From the human T2T-CHM13v2.0 reference genome, Homo sapiens, in contig CP086569.2 of assembly GCA_009914755.4 (NCBI GenBank), forward strand, positions 15,296,001 through 15,360,000: DNA of 64,000 nt, written 5' to 3'. Made by a program: the position numbers and the translations under genes. Positions 49,196 to 61,828 of this stretch are shown here, piece after piece. Position 1 is the stretch's first letter; the number at the start of each line of letters is the position of its first letter. Under the pieces are notes generated by a model. The model was not told the DNA's origin and ran no database searches. It was given only the letters and a program-made list of their open reading frames with translations.

Positions 49196-50085
49196 GGTTC
49201 TCCAGAGGAACAGAACTAACAAGATAAATGTGTATATAAGGGGGAGTTTATTAAGGAGTATTGACTCACATGACAGAAGGTGAGGTCACACAATAGACTG
49301 TCTGTAAGCTAATGCACAAGGAAGCCAGCCTGAATCCCAAAATCTCAAAAGTAGAGAAGCTGAGAGTGTAGTCTTCAGTCTGTGGTTGAAGGTCTGAGTC
49401 CAAAAGCTGAAGAACGTGGAATCTGATGTTTGAGGGCAGGAAGCATACAGCACAGGATAAAGATGTAGACTGGAAGTCTAAGCCAGGCTAGTCCTTCCAT
49501 GTTTTTATTAGGGTTCTCTAGAGGGACAGAACAAATGGAATATATGTATATATAAGGGGGAGTTTATTAAGTATTTATATTAATATATAATTAATATAGT
49601 TATATATTAATAGCATATATTAATTAATAATATATATAAATGGGAATTTATGAAGTATTAACTCACAGGATCACAAGGTCCCACAACAGCCCATCTGCAG
49701 GTTGACAGCCTGCAGGCAAGGAGAACCAGTCTGAGTTCCAAAACTGAAGAACGTGGAATTCGATGTTCAAGGATAGGAAGCATCCAGCACTGGAGGAAGA
49801 TGTAGGCTGGGAGGCTAGGCCAGTATCCGTTTTTCACATTTGTCTGTCTGTTTATATTCTAGCCATGCTGGTAGCTGATTAGATTGTGCCCACCCAGATT
49901 AAGTGTTCATCTGCCTTTCCCAGCCCACTGACTCAAATATTAATCTCCTTTGTCAACACTCTTACAGACACTCACGAACAATACTTTGTATCCCTCTATC
50001 CAATCAAGTTGCCACTTCAATATGAGCTTGTTGTTTCTCATTTCACTTAATGATTTATAATCCATTAGTATCATTGGTCATTTTG
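49196..50085 (+). mobile_element. ERVL-type LTR (LTR16/MLT-like), present as a truncated 5' copy (49196..49508) immediately followed by a longer copy (49509..50085) carrying a ~75-bp pure A/T insertion (49565..49640)
   Basis: Both copies start tcagggttctccagaggaacagaac(t/a)aa...tatataagggggagtttattaag..., the hallmark agtcagggttctccagagaaacagaacc family motif. The second copy continues ...cacaggatcacaaggtcccacaacagcccatctgcaggttgacagcctgcaggcaagg...tgcccacccagattaagtgttcatctgcctttcccagcccactgactcaaatattaatctcc. Confidence 0.45.
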
Positions 50086-51269
50086 ATACTCAAGCTGTCT
50101 CCAAAATGGCCAGTGGTAGCTTCTCCAAATTGGCTTCTGTGTCTTTTTCTATAATTTCATGACTCTTTGAATATTTTTTATACGTTATATTCCTGATTAG
50201 TATCTTACACTGCTCCTGACTCAGCCTGGGATTCTGCAATTTTTCCAAGGAGCCCTGGAATCTATAAATGAAGAATGATGTATAGAAGCCAAACTCTGGA
50301 TCCACAACATGCTCATTAACATTGGAGTGTCCTCATGCCCAGAGCCTCTCAGTGAACAAAATAGGCACACATATACATGGTGGGGGCTATGGCTTTTCAT
50401 CCCCAAAATATTTGCTGAAAATCACTGACATGAGGCAGATTGATTAAGAGGAGAAAAGGCATACCAATTTATTTAATGCATATACACTGGAGCCTTCAGA
50501 TTAAAGACCCAAATTCTCAATCAGATCGAAAAGCTTATATGCCACCCTGGGTTAGAGAAAGGATCAGGACTTGGATCCTGGTAAAGCAGGTGATGGGATG
50601 GGGAGAAGAATAATTCTATTGAGGGAGAATAATTTCTATTCTAGGGAGAAAATAATTTCTAGGGAGAATGACAGAAGGGGATCAGAGATTAACTTCTGAA
50701 GAGTTCTCTTTGGAGTTAAAATGATCCTAGGAAGACACTCATTATAGTCGTAAAAAGGTCTGCTCAGTTGTGGGGTCACATTTTGGTCTTTTCTGAAGCA
50801 GACAATGAGATAGCAGAGGGAGGAAGAAAAAACAGTGGTTCTCCTTTAGGGGCCTGGATATTTGGCAGATAAGGAAACTTTGGCTTCTCTGGGTGAGAAG
50901 TTCAGGGGAGGATATCAGAGATACCTTGAGGCTTCTTTAGTTAGCACATCAAAATGCAGTATTTGGGAGTATTGGGTTCTGAACCCCAGCAACATGTACC
51001 TATATTTGTTTTCTTTATCTCTCAAAAAGTCTGTTTTAAAGACTATTACTTGGTGCTGATACCTCCAATTCTATATCCATACCCACTGTGTTTGTTTCAC
51101 CTTTCTATGTTCTTAATTGTAATTTGCCTATCTAGCAGAAATTTGACTCCCATTATTCTTAACATTTGTGCTTATTTTTATTTGCCCTTCCCCTCTATAT
51201 GTATCCAATCCTCCAAATCAGCTGTCATGTCTTTCTCCCGAGACAGATGTTCACTCCTGTATGTATGTA

Positions 51270-51569
51270 TTTATTTTTATTTTTGAGAAAGAGTCTTGGT
51301 TTGTCACCCAGGCTGGAGTGCAGTGGCATGACGTCAACTCACTGCAACCTCTGTCTCCTAGGTTCAAGGAATATTCATTCCTCAGCATCAACAGTAGCTG
51401 GAATTACAGGCAGGCACCACCACACCTGGCTAATTTTTTCCTACTTTTAGTAGAGATCAGGTTTTGCCATGTTGGCCAGGCTGGTCTTGAACTTTTAACC
51501 TCAAGTGGTCCTTCCACCTTGGCCTCTCAAAGTGCTGGAATTACAGGCATCAGTCACCATGCCCTGCCC
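51270..51569 (-). mobile_element. Alu SINE (minus)
   Basis: tttttgagaaagagtcttggtttgtcacccaggctggagtgcagtggcatgacgtcaactcactgcaacctctg...ctctcaaagtgctggaattacaggcatcagtcaccatgccctgcc. Confidence 0.9.
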
Positions 51570-51796
51570 GCTTCCCCATATTTAAACATCACCACCTCAC
51601 ACCACACAGTCTTCCTGTGTGGTCACCGTCCTCACACTGACTCTGACCTCTTTCTCTGGACTACTGGGGCTCTTTCCCCTCTCCAGTGTTGACACCTGTC
51701 TTTCTCAACCCCATGCTGTAGATTCAGGACTAAATTTGTCAGAGGCATTTGAACAAGCTTGACCCCATCTTGACCACAGGCTCCTACCTCCATGCC

Positions 51797-51930
51797 CTGG
51801 GCATTTTTTTTCTTAAGAGATGGGATTTCACTATGTTCCCAAAGTTCATCTGCAACTCCTGGCTTTGAGTGATCCTTCTGCCTCAACCTCCCAAAACACT
51901 GGGGTTACAGGTGTAAGCCATCGCACCTGG
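51797..51930 (-). mobile_element. Alu fragment (minus), about 135 bp
   Basis: ttttttttcttaagagatgggatttcactatgttcccaaagttcatctgcaactcctggctttgagtgatccttctgcctcaacctcccaaaacactggggttacaggtgtaagccatcgcacctgg. Confidence 0.8.
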
Positions 51931-51944
51931 TTCCAATTTTCTAT

Positions 51945-52290
51945 TATGGCCATGGTTTGAAAGTGTTCCTAAAATCCATGTATTGGAAACCTATTCTCCA
52001 ATGCAATCATGTTGAGAGGTGGGGCTTAGGAGAATTGCCTAAGGGTCCTGAGGCCTCCAACCTCATGAATGGATCAATGCTACTTATAAAAGGGCTTGCA
52101 GACAGGAGTTCAATCTCTTCTCTCTGACATTCTTTCCTTCCATCACAAGATGATGCATCATGAAGACCCTCAATAGATGAGGGTCTCTCAATCTTTGACT
52201 TCCCAGCCTCCAAGACTGTAAGAAAGAAATCTCTATTCTTGATAAATTACCTCATCTGTGGTACACTGTTACAGCGCCACATAACAAATT
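51945..52290 (+). mobile_element. ERVL/MaLR-type LTR fragment (MLT2-like); tentative
   Basis: ...ccaatgcaatcatgttgagaggtggggcttaggagaattgcctaagggtcctgaggcctccaacctcatgaatggatcaatgctacttataaaagggcttgcagacaggagttcaatctc...gacttcccagcctccaagactgtaagaaagaaatctctattcttgataaattacctcatctgtggtacactgttacagcgccacataacaaattaag. Confidence 0.45.
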
Positions 52291-52454
52291 AAGGCAATGA
52301 ATGAGAATGGAAATGTTTTTCATCCCCAGCCACAGTTTTCAATATTTCACTTGTTTATGGTTTAATTAAAGAAAGGAATGCAGAATAAGCAAGTCTTTAT
52401 TCAAACTTCATTGGTCAGAAATGACAAATAAATGCTATTTGGATAATGTAAAAA

Positions 52455-52880
52455 TAAGTGGTACATATACACCATGGAATACTATCCAGCCATTAAAAGA
52501 AGTGAGATGACGTCCTTTGCAGGGACATGAATGGAACTGGAAGCTATTATCCTCAGCACGCTAACACAGGAAGAGATAACCAAACACAGCCATGTTCTCA
52601 CTCGTAAGTAGGAGCTGAACAATGAGAACACAAGGACACAGGGAGAAGAACATCACACACTGGGGCCTGTTGGTTGGACCTGGGGAGGAAGACCATAAGG
52701 ATAAATAGCTTATGCATGTGGGGCTGCATACCCAGGTGATTGGATAATAGATGCAGCAAACCAAAATGGCATGCATTTAACCTATGTAACTAACCTGAAC
52801 ATTCTGCACATGTATCGTGGAACTTAAAATAAAAGTAAATTAAATTTTTTAAATGTACAAAAAAATTTATTTTGAATACA
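52455..52880 (+). mobile_element. 5'-truncated LINE-1 (L1PA-like) 3' end
   Basis: gtggtacatatacaccatggaatactatccagccattaaaagaagtgagatgacgtcctttgcagggacatgaatggaactggaagctattatcctcagcacgctaacacaggaagagataaccaaacacagccatgttctcactcgtaagtaggagctgaacaatgagaacacaaggacacagggagaagaacatcacacactggggcctgttgg... Confidence 0.9.
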
Positions 52881-53459
52881 ACCAAGCACCCACTAAAAAT
52901 GGCACCAAAAGAAGGACAGGTTCTCAGCACAAGCCATGATGCTAGTTGCTAACACCCACTCCTCTACTGGGAAAAAAAAAACACAGATTTCAGTGATAAG
53001 AAAGATAACTCAAATGACCTTGTCCATTTCATTGCCAATGCAGTTTCCAATGAATGTTCCTTGAAATCAGCATCATCTAGATAGTGTCAAATATGTACAC
53101 ATACAAAATAAAAAGAATGTAAATCATGACAGTGATCATATTTACTGGATACTCCAAAACATGCTGGGAGCTACTCTCTACAAGTGGAAAAGATGAATGG
53201 ACATTGTGCTCCAACATTGATTTACATAGATCCTTTGGTATCTTTCAATAAATATTTCCTTTTCCACACAATAAAGGGATCACATGTAACCAGTCAATTT
53301 TATCTGTAAATCTTTCTAGGGATCAGAGAAAACCATAAAGTACTAAAATTTTCAGTGCTTTCTAAAGTAAATTTGAGATTCTGAGATAACAGACATTGCC
53401 AGTAAGTAAGTCAATACTGCTTAAAACATAGCAGGGAAACTGCCTTTGCAAAATTATGA

Positions 53460-54165
53460 CTGAGACACTAAAACAGATGTAATTTAACTGACTCCATCTT
53501 GCTTCTAACTCCCATGCTGTTCTTGTTCATTCCTGGGTATAGGCTGAACTAACTTTGGGAGAAATTATTTTATAGTTTCTTATTTAAGACAAAGACAATA
53601 ACAGCCTTTTCCCAGAGCAGACCTTCTTCTTGCCTGGGAACTAGATTGCCTTTGTAGGACTAACATTAGCCACAAGATTAGAAATTATGGTTTAGGACTC
53701 ATACAGTTAGAGGCTACAATATTCTGACCCTCTCAAACTGCTCTTAAGAACAGTGCTTGAAATATTTTGCAGAACCTGGATTTGATGGATAAGCTGGCAC
53801 TACACAGATCAATAACTGGCCCAACTGACCTTGTGGACCCTGAACAGGAACTGACTCAGCACAAGAAGACAGCTTCAACTCCCTATGATTTAATTCCTGA
53901 CCAATCCCTTCCCCACTCACTGGCGTCCCCCCACTCACCAACTTGTCCTTAAAAACTCTGCTGCCTGAATTATTGGGGAGACTGATTGAGTAATGATAAA
54001 ACTCCAGCCTCCCACATAGCTGGCTCTGTGTGAATTACTCTTTCTCTATTTCAATTCCCCTGTCTTGATAAATTGGCTCTGTCTATGCAGAGGGCAAGGT
54101 GAACCCATTGGGTGGTTACAAGACCTGGTAAAAAGTCAAGAATAAAATGAAGAAAGATGACGTCA
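53460..54165 (+). mobile_element. LTR-like interspersed repeat, copy 2 (same family as 47886..48880); lacks about 290 bp present in copy 1
   Basis: ...ggctgaactaactttgggagaaattattttatagtttcttatttaagacaaagacaataacagccttttcccagagcagaccttcttcttgcctgggaactagattgcctttgtaggactaaca...ttatggtttaggactcatacagttagaggctacaatattc... ...aatgataaaactccagcctcccacatagctggctctgtgtgaattactctttctctatttcaattcccctgtcttgataaattggctctgtctatgcagagggcaaggtgaacccattg. Confidence 0.45.
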
Positions 54166-54239
54166 AGTACTAAAAGTTTGTGTCTTCCGTACTGCCCCAA
54201 ATTTATATGGTGAAGCCTTAATTGCTATTACAATGGTAT

Positions 54240-54520
54240 CAGAGAAGGAGCCTTTGAGGGGTAAGTAAGCCATGAGTACAGAGTTTTCATCATGGGATTA
54301 GTGGCCTTATAAGAAGCAAGAAGAGAGAGATGATGAATCTCAGTCCACCATGTAAGGATACAGCAAGAAGACACCTGTCTGCAGGCTAGGAAGAGAGCCT
54401 TCACCACCCAGTGGATTTGCTGGTGCCCTGACCTTAGACTTCCCAGCCTCCAAGCAGTGTGAGAAATGAATTTCTGCTGTTTAAGCCACCCAGTACTCTG
54501 CTGTATCAGGCCGATCTAAG
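54240..54520 (+). mobile_element. ERVL-type LTR 3' portion (MLT2-like)
   Basis: ...ccaccatgtaaggatacagcaagaagacacctgtctgcaggctaggaagagagccttcaccacccagtggatttgctggtgccctgaccttagacttcccagcctccaagcagtgtgagaaatgaatttctgctgtttaagccacccagtactctgctgtatcagg carries the canonical ...ttcccagcctccagaactgtgagaaataaat..ctgttgtttaagccacccagtct... motif. Confidence 0.55.
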
Positions 54521-56913
54521 TCAAATGAAAAACAGGGGAGAAAAAGACACAGACCACACAGACCAGACCTGGGCTGACACCACAGGGACAGCATTTCTAC
54601 CGTGAGACATTAGGAATCCTCAGATTCACTTCCATGGCTGTTGACAGTTTTGTCTCCCGTCTAGTTGACCATGGGTGCAATGCTGTGGGTTTCTATTCTA
54701 GTTGTTTGTGGCATAAAAGTCATTTACTAGAAAGTTTATCATCTACTTCATGGGAATTTAGCTAAAAGTTTCATGGCAGAGTAGAATACTAGAATGTGTC
54801 TCACTTTGCACAGCATAGTTCTCAGACATGGTGCAACTGTTGGAAGGAACGTGGGCAGTGTGGCACACAGAACAGCAAGCTGTTGGAAGGAATATTATCC
54901 TCTCTAATTAAAGAAGTAAGGGAGAGGAGAATTTCATCTACCTTACAAGAGCCTTGCCTTCCATTTGCATGATATGTTGTCGAAATTGAGTATAAGCCCT
55001 CAGACCAGTAGCAATTTGCAGGTACATAGAGCTTGGAAAAGGAAAAGAAAGAAGCCCATTTCTCAAAATCAAGGGAGATTCTTAAGGGCTCTCAAAAGAG
55101 GGCAGCTCCATCTCTCAATATAGGGGGAAATTCTGAGGTTCCAAACTTAGTAAACACATTTTAGGCATATTTCAAAGAAATCAGAATCCAGGTACAACTT
55201 CCCAGGAGCTGGGTGACTTCTCTGTTGTTTTTTTATTTGCAATGTAGGTGTACTTATATCTATTTTACAAGGTACTTGTGAGGATTGCAATAGAGCGTAC
55301 ATGAAAAACTTCTGATACATTTTAGTGGCTCAGAAAGTAGTCATGCTTCTTCCTCTGGCATGCTGAAACTTGGTTCAGAAACGTTGATTTGTTTCAACAC
55401 TATTCTTAGAAGTGGCATAACATAATTTTGAAATACTAAGTGGATTTTGAAACAAAACATTCCAGTGACACGGCCATAACTTTGTAGATATTCGGCAAAC
55501 ATCAGGCTTTATAGATCTTACCTCATTCCACATTTTACCTCACTCAAAGAGGTTCTTATTCAATAGTTAATGGATTGAAGAGATATGTTGAATCATTATT
55601 CTTTAAAATGCACTGAGATAATGTTCTGGGCACTGAAAGAAGGCTGGTGAACAAGATGTAGTTTTCTACCTTAACATAGCTTAAAATAGACTAGAGAATT
55701 ACGTTATGTGAAGAGTAATCAGAAATACTTAGGGGAACACCTAACATGGTGGTCTGGGAACAACCCTTAGAACAATAGGGATGGTCTTCTGAGAGATACG
55801 TATACATAGAAAAGGAATAGATGAGGATGGACATGGGGGATCTGGGGAGAGGGAAGCATAACCCAGGAAGCCAATATCCCATTGCCACAGGCTGAGAAAA
55901 AAAGGATCCTAATGTACTTTTAGAACTAGGTGGTTAATCCCTGCTAAAAACCCAAGTAAAAAGCAAATAGCCACAAGAGGTGAAGCTAGAGAGATAAGTA
56001 GTAGAATGAGTTAGGGTTGGGGTAGTAGAACAGCAAAGATTTAGACACAAATCCAAAACATTAGACAAAGGTTGCAATTCCTACAGACCCACAGGGAAGC
56101 ATTCTTCATGGATTCATTTCAGTGACACAAAGAAAAACCCTTTGAAAATTATTGCTTTCTTATTAAATATAGAATTTATTGGCCTCTGTTGGAAAAAAAT
56201 AGGCATGGAAGGAATTGGCTGAGATGAGTAAGTAACAGGCTCGAGTAGAGAAAGCATTTGGATTTTCGAACTGTTATCACAAGAAAAAAGAAGACCTGAT
56301 TTGAACTCTTCGTAAGGAAAAGTAAAACCTGGAGAGATCAATGCAGCAATATGCAAGACGATTGAAGACTGCAGATACCAAGGCGAAGAAAATGCATGGA
56401 GCTGTTTTTTAAAGATAAGATAATGTATTACATTTCTTGATGCTACAGTTCCCCTGGAGAATATCACTGTAAGCTACAAAGTGTAGCTGTGGACCAAGGA
56501 AATGAAGACCAGTGAAGGAGGGAAGTAAATATTGAGGACATCAGAGAAAAAATTTTCCTAAGCTGAGAAAATAATTGAGTTTGGTGACTAAGAGTGCTTG
56601 CCAAGAATGTCGTAGAAACAGGAAACAATCATATACATGCATTAAAGCAGGAAATATAAGTGACCTAAAAAATGGAAGGAAAAAAATAGCTTATCCTTGG
56701 GGGTTTTCCACTAAAAAAATGCCATAAGATGATTTAAAAATTATACAGAGCTTTTAAGGAAAATGGTTGTGGGGCATCATTTGTAGGCATAGTTCATTTC
56801 GTCTCTGAAGGAAATGCAAAGTCAATCATAGAGGGAAAGGGTCAATAATTTAAATGTGTATTGTGGGTACATGTTTGAATATGTCACATTACATCAACTG
56901 AATGGATTCTTTA

Positions 56914-56933
56914 TATATATATATATATATATA
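56914..56933. repeat. (TA)10 dinucleotide microsatellite
   Basis: tatatatatatatatatata. Confidence 0.95.
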
Positions 56934-57150
56934 AATTGTGCAAACATGTAGAAATTTAGGAAATACAATGTACCATATTAAGTATTAACCAGTAAAATAT
57001 AATTTGATATGAATATGATAGCAATGCACAAAATATACCTGAAAAAATTAGGTTGAAATATAGCCACATGTTACTAGTAACTGTCTCTGGGGAAACTTAC
57101 TATGATGCTTTTATTTTTTCCCCTCTTCAGTATGTGAAATGTAAACTTTT

Positions 57151-57464
<314 letters not shown>

Positions 57465-58549
57465 TTAATTTTGTAAAGAAAAACAAAACTTTAAAAAATA
57501 AAATCATGTATTTTCAAGGTATTCATGAGCTAGCATGAAATCTGGACGTGATCACCAGGCTGGCACCGTCACAACCCCACAGGAGCTGATCCCTTTGTTT
57601 GCGTTTCTACTTTCCAGCCTCTACATGTGTCTTAACCTTTCTGCGTGGCATCACAGTCTTCCATTTTTCCCCCTATCTCTTCCCTTTCTATTTACCTCAT
57701 AGCTTCTGCTGCTACCTCTGAAATTTGGGCTTCCTTAGTGTGTTGAATAGCATGACCTCTAAGGTTTCTGATTTTTCTTCCTCATTCTGTTTCCACATTT
57801 GAACTCAGTTCTCATTTTTCAACACCTCACTTTCTCAGTGTGTTTTCTAGTTGATATTTCTAGAAGGAGCCTACCCCTAGTCTGTGTCATCTCTTCATAC
57901 TAGACCACACCTTATGTGTCTGGCCTCATTCTTCCTCTTAGGTCAGATTTCCCTCCCCTTGGTCCCATACACAGCATTCAGGGAATAAAAACAAGAACTA
58001 TCCATAGTAGATCCTTCAACATGGGGTGTGGCCAGGGCAAGGAGTATGGCATGGCAGTCCTCCTCATGATTGAAAATCCATACATAAAACCATTGGCCCT
58101 GCTAATAACAGACATTTAGCTAATTGCTGTTACTCAACGCAAATCGTGGTTTCACTGTTTAAGCCATTGATCTGTAGAGGATGAAAATGAATCTTTGCCT
58201 CTATTGACATCTAATTCTCATCTCCCTTCTTGTTTTCCCTTGAAATAATGGGATGGCTTTAAGAAACCTATGTTCATTAGATACATAGGTTACTGGAAAT
58301 GTTTATAATGGTACTCTTGATTGAGTAATGTACCATGTACCTGACACCCATTTAGTTATAGGAACAACCTTAGGAGGCTAGTATTATTATTACTGTGTTA
58401 TATATAATGGAAGCTGAGCTTAGAAAAGTGACATGACTTACCCAGGGCCATATGGCTTACAAGTGGCTGTGTCATGGCTGGAACTCAGGCTTGGTGGCTT
58501 GTAAAGCATGACCTGCCCCTGCCTGCACCATCAGAATACACTATGGGAC

Positions 58550-58850
58550 TGGAACAGTGTCTCATCCCTGTAATCCCAGAGCTTTGAAAGGCCAAGGTGG
58601 GAAAATTGCATAAGGCCAGGAGTTACAGAACAGCTTGGGAAATGTAGTGAGATCTCCATCTCTATAAAACATAAAAATAAAAAATTAGCTAGTCATGGTG
58701 GCAGGTACCTGTCTGTAGTTCTAGCTACTATGAAGGATGAGGTGGGAGGATCATTTGAGCCCAGGAGTTGGAGGTTGTGGTGAGCTATGATCACAGCACT
58801 GCACTCCAACCTGGGGAAAGGATAAGACTCTGTCTCAAAAAATAAATAAT
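58550..58850 (+). mobile_element. Alu SINE (plus; 5'-truncated, diverged AluJ-like)
   Basis: ggaacagtgtctcatccctgtaatcccagagctttgaaaggccaaggtgggaaaattgcataaggccaggagttacagaacagcttgggaaatgtagtgagatctccatctctataaaacataaaaataaaaaattagctagtcatggtggcaggtacctg...cactgcactccaacctggggaaaggataagactctgtctcaaaaaataaataataac. Confidence 0.8.
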
Positions 58851-61296
58851 AACACAAAAGAATGCATTGTAGAGCATATATGCATATAGATGAACATATA
58901 TGCATTGATGTGAGAGATAAACACAAATTAGACACTTCTAATTTTTCTGGGGAGTTCTGATCACAAAAAATGAATTTGCTAATGCCTTTCCTAGAGAAAA
59001 AAGATGTATAATTTGAATCTAGCACACAGATAAAGAGACAATAGAGCCTTATCATGAGTTTCAAGTATGGGATGAGTGGTAGTTGTCAACTGGCATTTGT
59101 ATAGGTACAGATTCCTTTCCATCTCTTTGCACACTTTGTCTGTGCTCATAAAAGTGGAGTTCGTATTATAAGTACATGTCTCTGGCTTTTCATCTTCATT
59201 TCATCTTCACTCCTCCAAATGCCCTACATATCTACACATGCCTTATTATGCCAATGATGAAACAAAACCAAGATGTAACTGGAAGCCATGATCACTTGAA
59301 AAACAAGTACTTCAGCTTCAGTCATTGAAGACAATGTTCATCAACAACTTGACAGGGCACATATGGGTGGGTATAGCTATACTGAAAGCAATTGAGTTTC
59401 CCAAGTTTAAGAGGTACACCTAGGAATTTGAGATTATGCCTTATGTGCACATAAACTGCTAAGGAAAGAAATCAAAGACAATTATGCAAATAATTTGAAA
59501 GAAACATAAAAGTTTCTCCCAGAAATTGTAACTTCACTTTTTGACAGTGGCATGTTTTATCTCTAATTAAAGACAAGAAACACGGTGGCATTTTATTCTA
59601 CAAGTGGCCTGGATTCATTTTAAAATGTGTTCTTTAATAGGAAGTGAAAAGTTATGTAATCTCAAAGAGCAGGAGGATGCAAAAAATTTATCTTGAGTTC
59701 TAATAACTTGTCTACCACTCACAAAGGTGCAACCCTGAAGAGGCTTAATAAGCATTAGGAGTCCTATTTTCTCTGTAATTGTAGCAGAAGAATAACATTG
59801 CTTTTGGTATTGCTAACATGCCTGCTTGCCAAAAAAAATGGATTGAAGATTGTTTATATAAATAAACCCAATATAAACGTAGCTATACTTCATAAATCGA
59901 AAGACAACTATTTCACTGTAGAAGAAGGCAGGCTGTGCTGCACATTGAAACTTTTCTAACGTTGTTTTGTTTTCTCCCACAACTAAGATATTCTTGCTGG
60001 TGCAAATCCCTGGAAAACTGTCAAGTATCTTGCAAATGTAGGCATTATTACCATTCCACTTCACTTAGATTATTTCTATTTGTTTTTTGTATTTCTTAGA
60101 GTACAACTAATTTTATATATATAAAAATATATAAATTATTTTTGTTCCTGAAAGTGTACAGTGAGAATATTCCAGTGCAATTAATGTCTGCCCCGAAGCA
60201 TTAGCAATTATTAAAAAAAAATTCTGTGTCAAGAGGTTACTGCCTATTCCACTGCCTGCAGCTGTGTCCCTGTGGGATTTTTCATACTGCTCCATTCTCT
60301 CTGCACTACTTCAGTCCTTATATGATCACAGCTCACCCTCCTTTATTCCCGAAAACACCTCCACAACAAAGCTGCTATTTGGAACCAGCCTTAGCATCAA
60401 AATATGCAATAACCTCTTTCCTCCCACATCGCTTTGGGGTGTAGTAAAGTGAAGGGAATGTTACTCTCACCTTTACAGAGAGAGAGATATAGAGAGCCTA
60501 CAAACTTGTGACTTGCCTTAAACCCTCTGAAAAGGACAAGGCCTTCCAAGGAGAAATGCGATATGTGACTGAGGGGAGAAGGCCAGCCTTTACAACAGCA
60601 AATTCAACAATATCAGCTAAATTATGTTAAACAATTTTTATAGGTCCAATGTTCATGACCATATCAACCTGAAATAGCTGCAAGTCCCTCTAGGGAAAAT
60701 TTTTGAAAGACTTTGAAATGGAATTGATGTCCTAACCATCTCATCCATCTGGCTTATTTCTGCCTCCATTGACCTTGATCAGGCTATTTACAACACTCTA
60801 AGTTATAGAACCTTGATAGCAAAGCAAATAATTTCTGTCCAAAGTGACACAAACGACATATGATGGGATGCCACTGTTTTTCACCATGTAAATTTTGCCA
60901 GTGTGACATTTTTTGGATGTGTCAACTTGGCCACATTATGCAACAGGAAACAAATACTAGCAGCTGGTCATTTATGCAATCATTTATAGATTCATTTTAG
61001 CTTTCTTTATTGGGCCAAAAATATACAAACTAATTGCCTATTTTATCAATTCCCTCATTAACTAATAAGTGAAATAAGATATTTAGCACATACTTACTTT
61101 ACACCTTCACAGGAGTCTGGAATTTGTCTTTTTAAAAATTTTAATATCCCTAGGATCCCAGACACAAAGGAAGTTTTCACCTACTCCTGGTCTCTCAACA
61201 TACCTCTTTATGTTCTCATGAGAAAGCTTGGAATCAGGTCAGGAGATACTAGAGAGCTCAGCTCAATGATGCAGGCATGCCATGCATGTTTACTCA

Positions 61297-61533
61297 CCCC
61301 TAGAATCACAAGCCCTCTGGGAGGCAGAAGTGGAAGGATCACTTCAGCCGGGAGTTCAAAACCAGCTTGAGCAGCGCAAGACCCTGTATTTCCAGCTACT
61401 TGGGAGGCTGAGGTTGGAAGATTGCTTGAACCTAGGAGTTTGAGGCTACAGTGAACTCTGATTATGCTGGTGCCCACTGCACTCCAGGCAGGCAACAGAG
61501 TGAGACTCTGTCTCTTAAAAAAAAAAAAAAAAA
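61297..61533 (+). mobile_element. Alu SINE (plus) with an internal deletion, directly followed by a second Alu
   Basis: ...ccctctgggaggcagaagtggaaggatcacttcagccgggagttcaaaaccagcttgagcagcgcaagaccctgtatttccagctacttgggaggctgaggttggaagattgcttgaacctaggagtttgaggctacagtgaac...cactgcactccaggcaggcaacagagtgagactctgtctcttaaaaaaaaaaaaaaaaaa. Confidence 0.8.
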
Positions 61534-61534
61534 A

Positions 61535-61828
61535 GGCCAGGTACAGTGGTCTTCGGGAGGCTGTACTTCAGGAGGCTGAGGGGGGCAGATCACGAAGTCA
61601 AGAGAATGAGACCACCGTGGCCAACTGGGTGAAAACTTGTCTCTATGAAAAATACAAAAATTAGCCAGGTGTGGCAGCATGCACCTGTAGTCCCAACTCC
61701 TCAGGATGCTGAGATAGGAGAATCTTTTGAATCCAGGAGATGGAGGTTGCAGTGAGCCGAGATCATGCCACTGCACTCCAGCCTGGGTGACAGAGCTAGA
61801 CAACATCAAAAAAAGAAAAAAAGAAAAG
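61535..61828 (+). mobile_element. Alu SINE (plus)
   Basis: ggccaggtacagtggtcttcgggaggctgtacttcaggaggctgaggggggcagatcacgaagtcaagagaatgagaccaccgtggccaactgggtgaaaacttgtctctatgaaaaatacaaaaattagccaggtgtggcagcatgcacctgtagtcccaactcctcagg...cactgcactccagcctgggtgacagagctagacaacatcaaaaaaagaaaaaaag. Confidence 0.9.

Noticed and set aside
56114-56467. 117-aa minus-strand ORF in unique sequence
   Set aside because: Same reasoning as for 13778..14224: no motif, AT-rich, chance-length ORF. No evidence of an exon.
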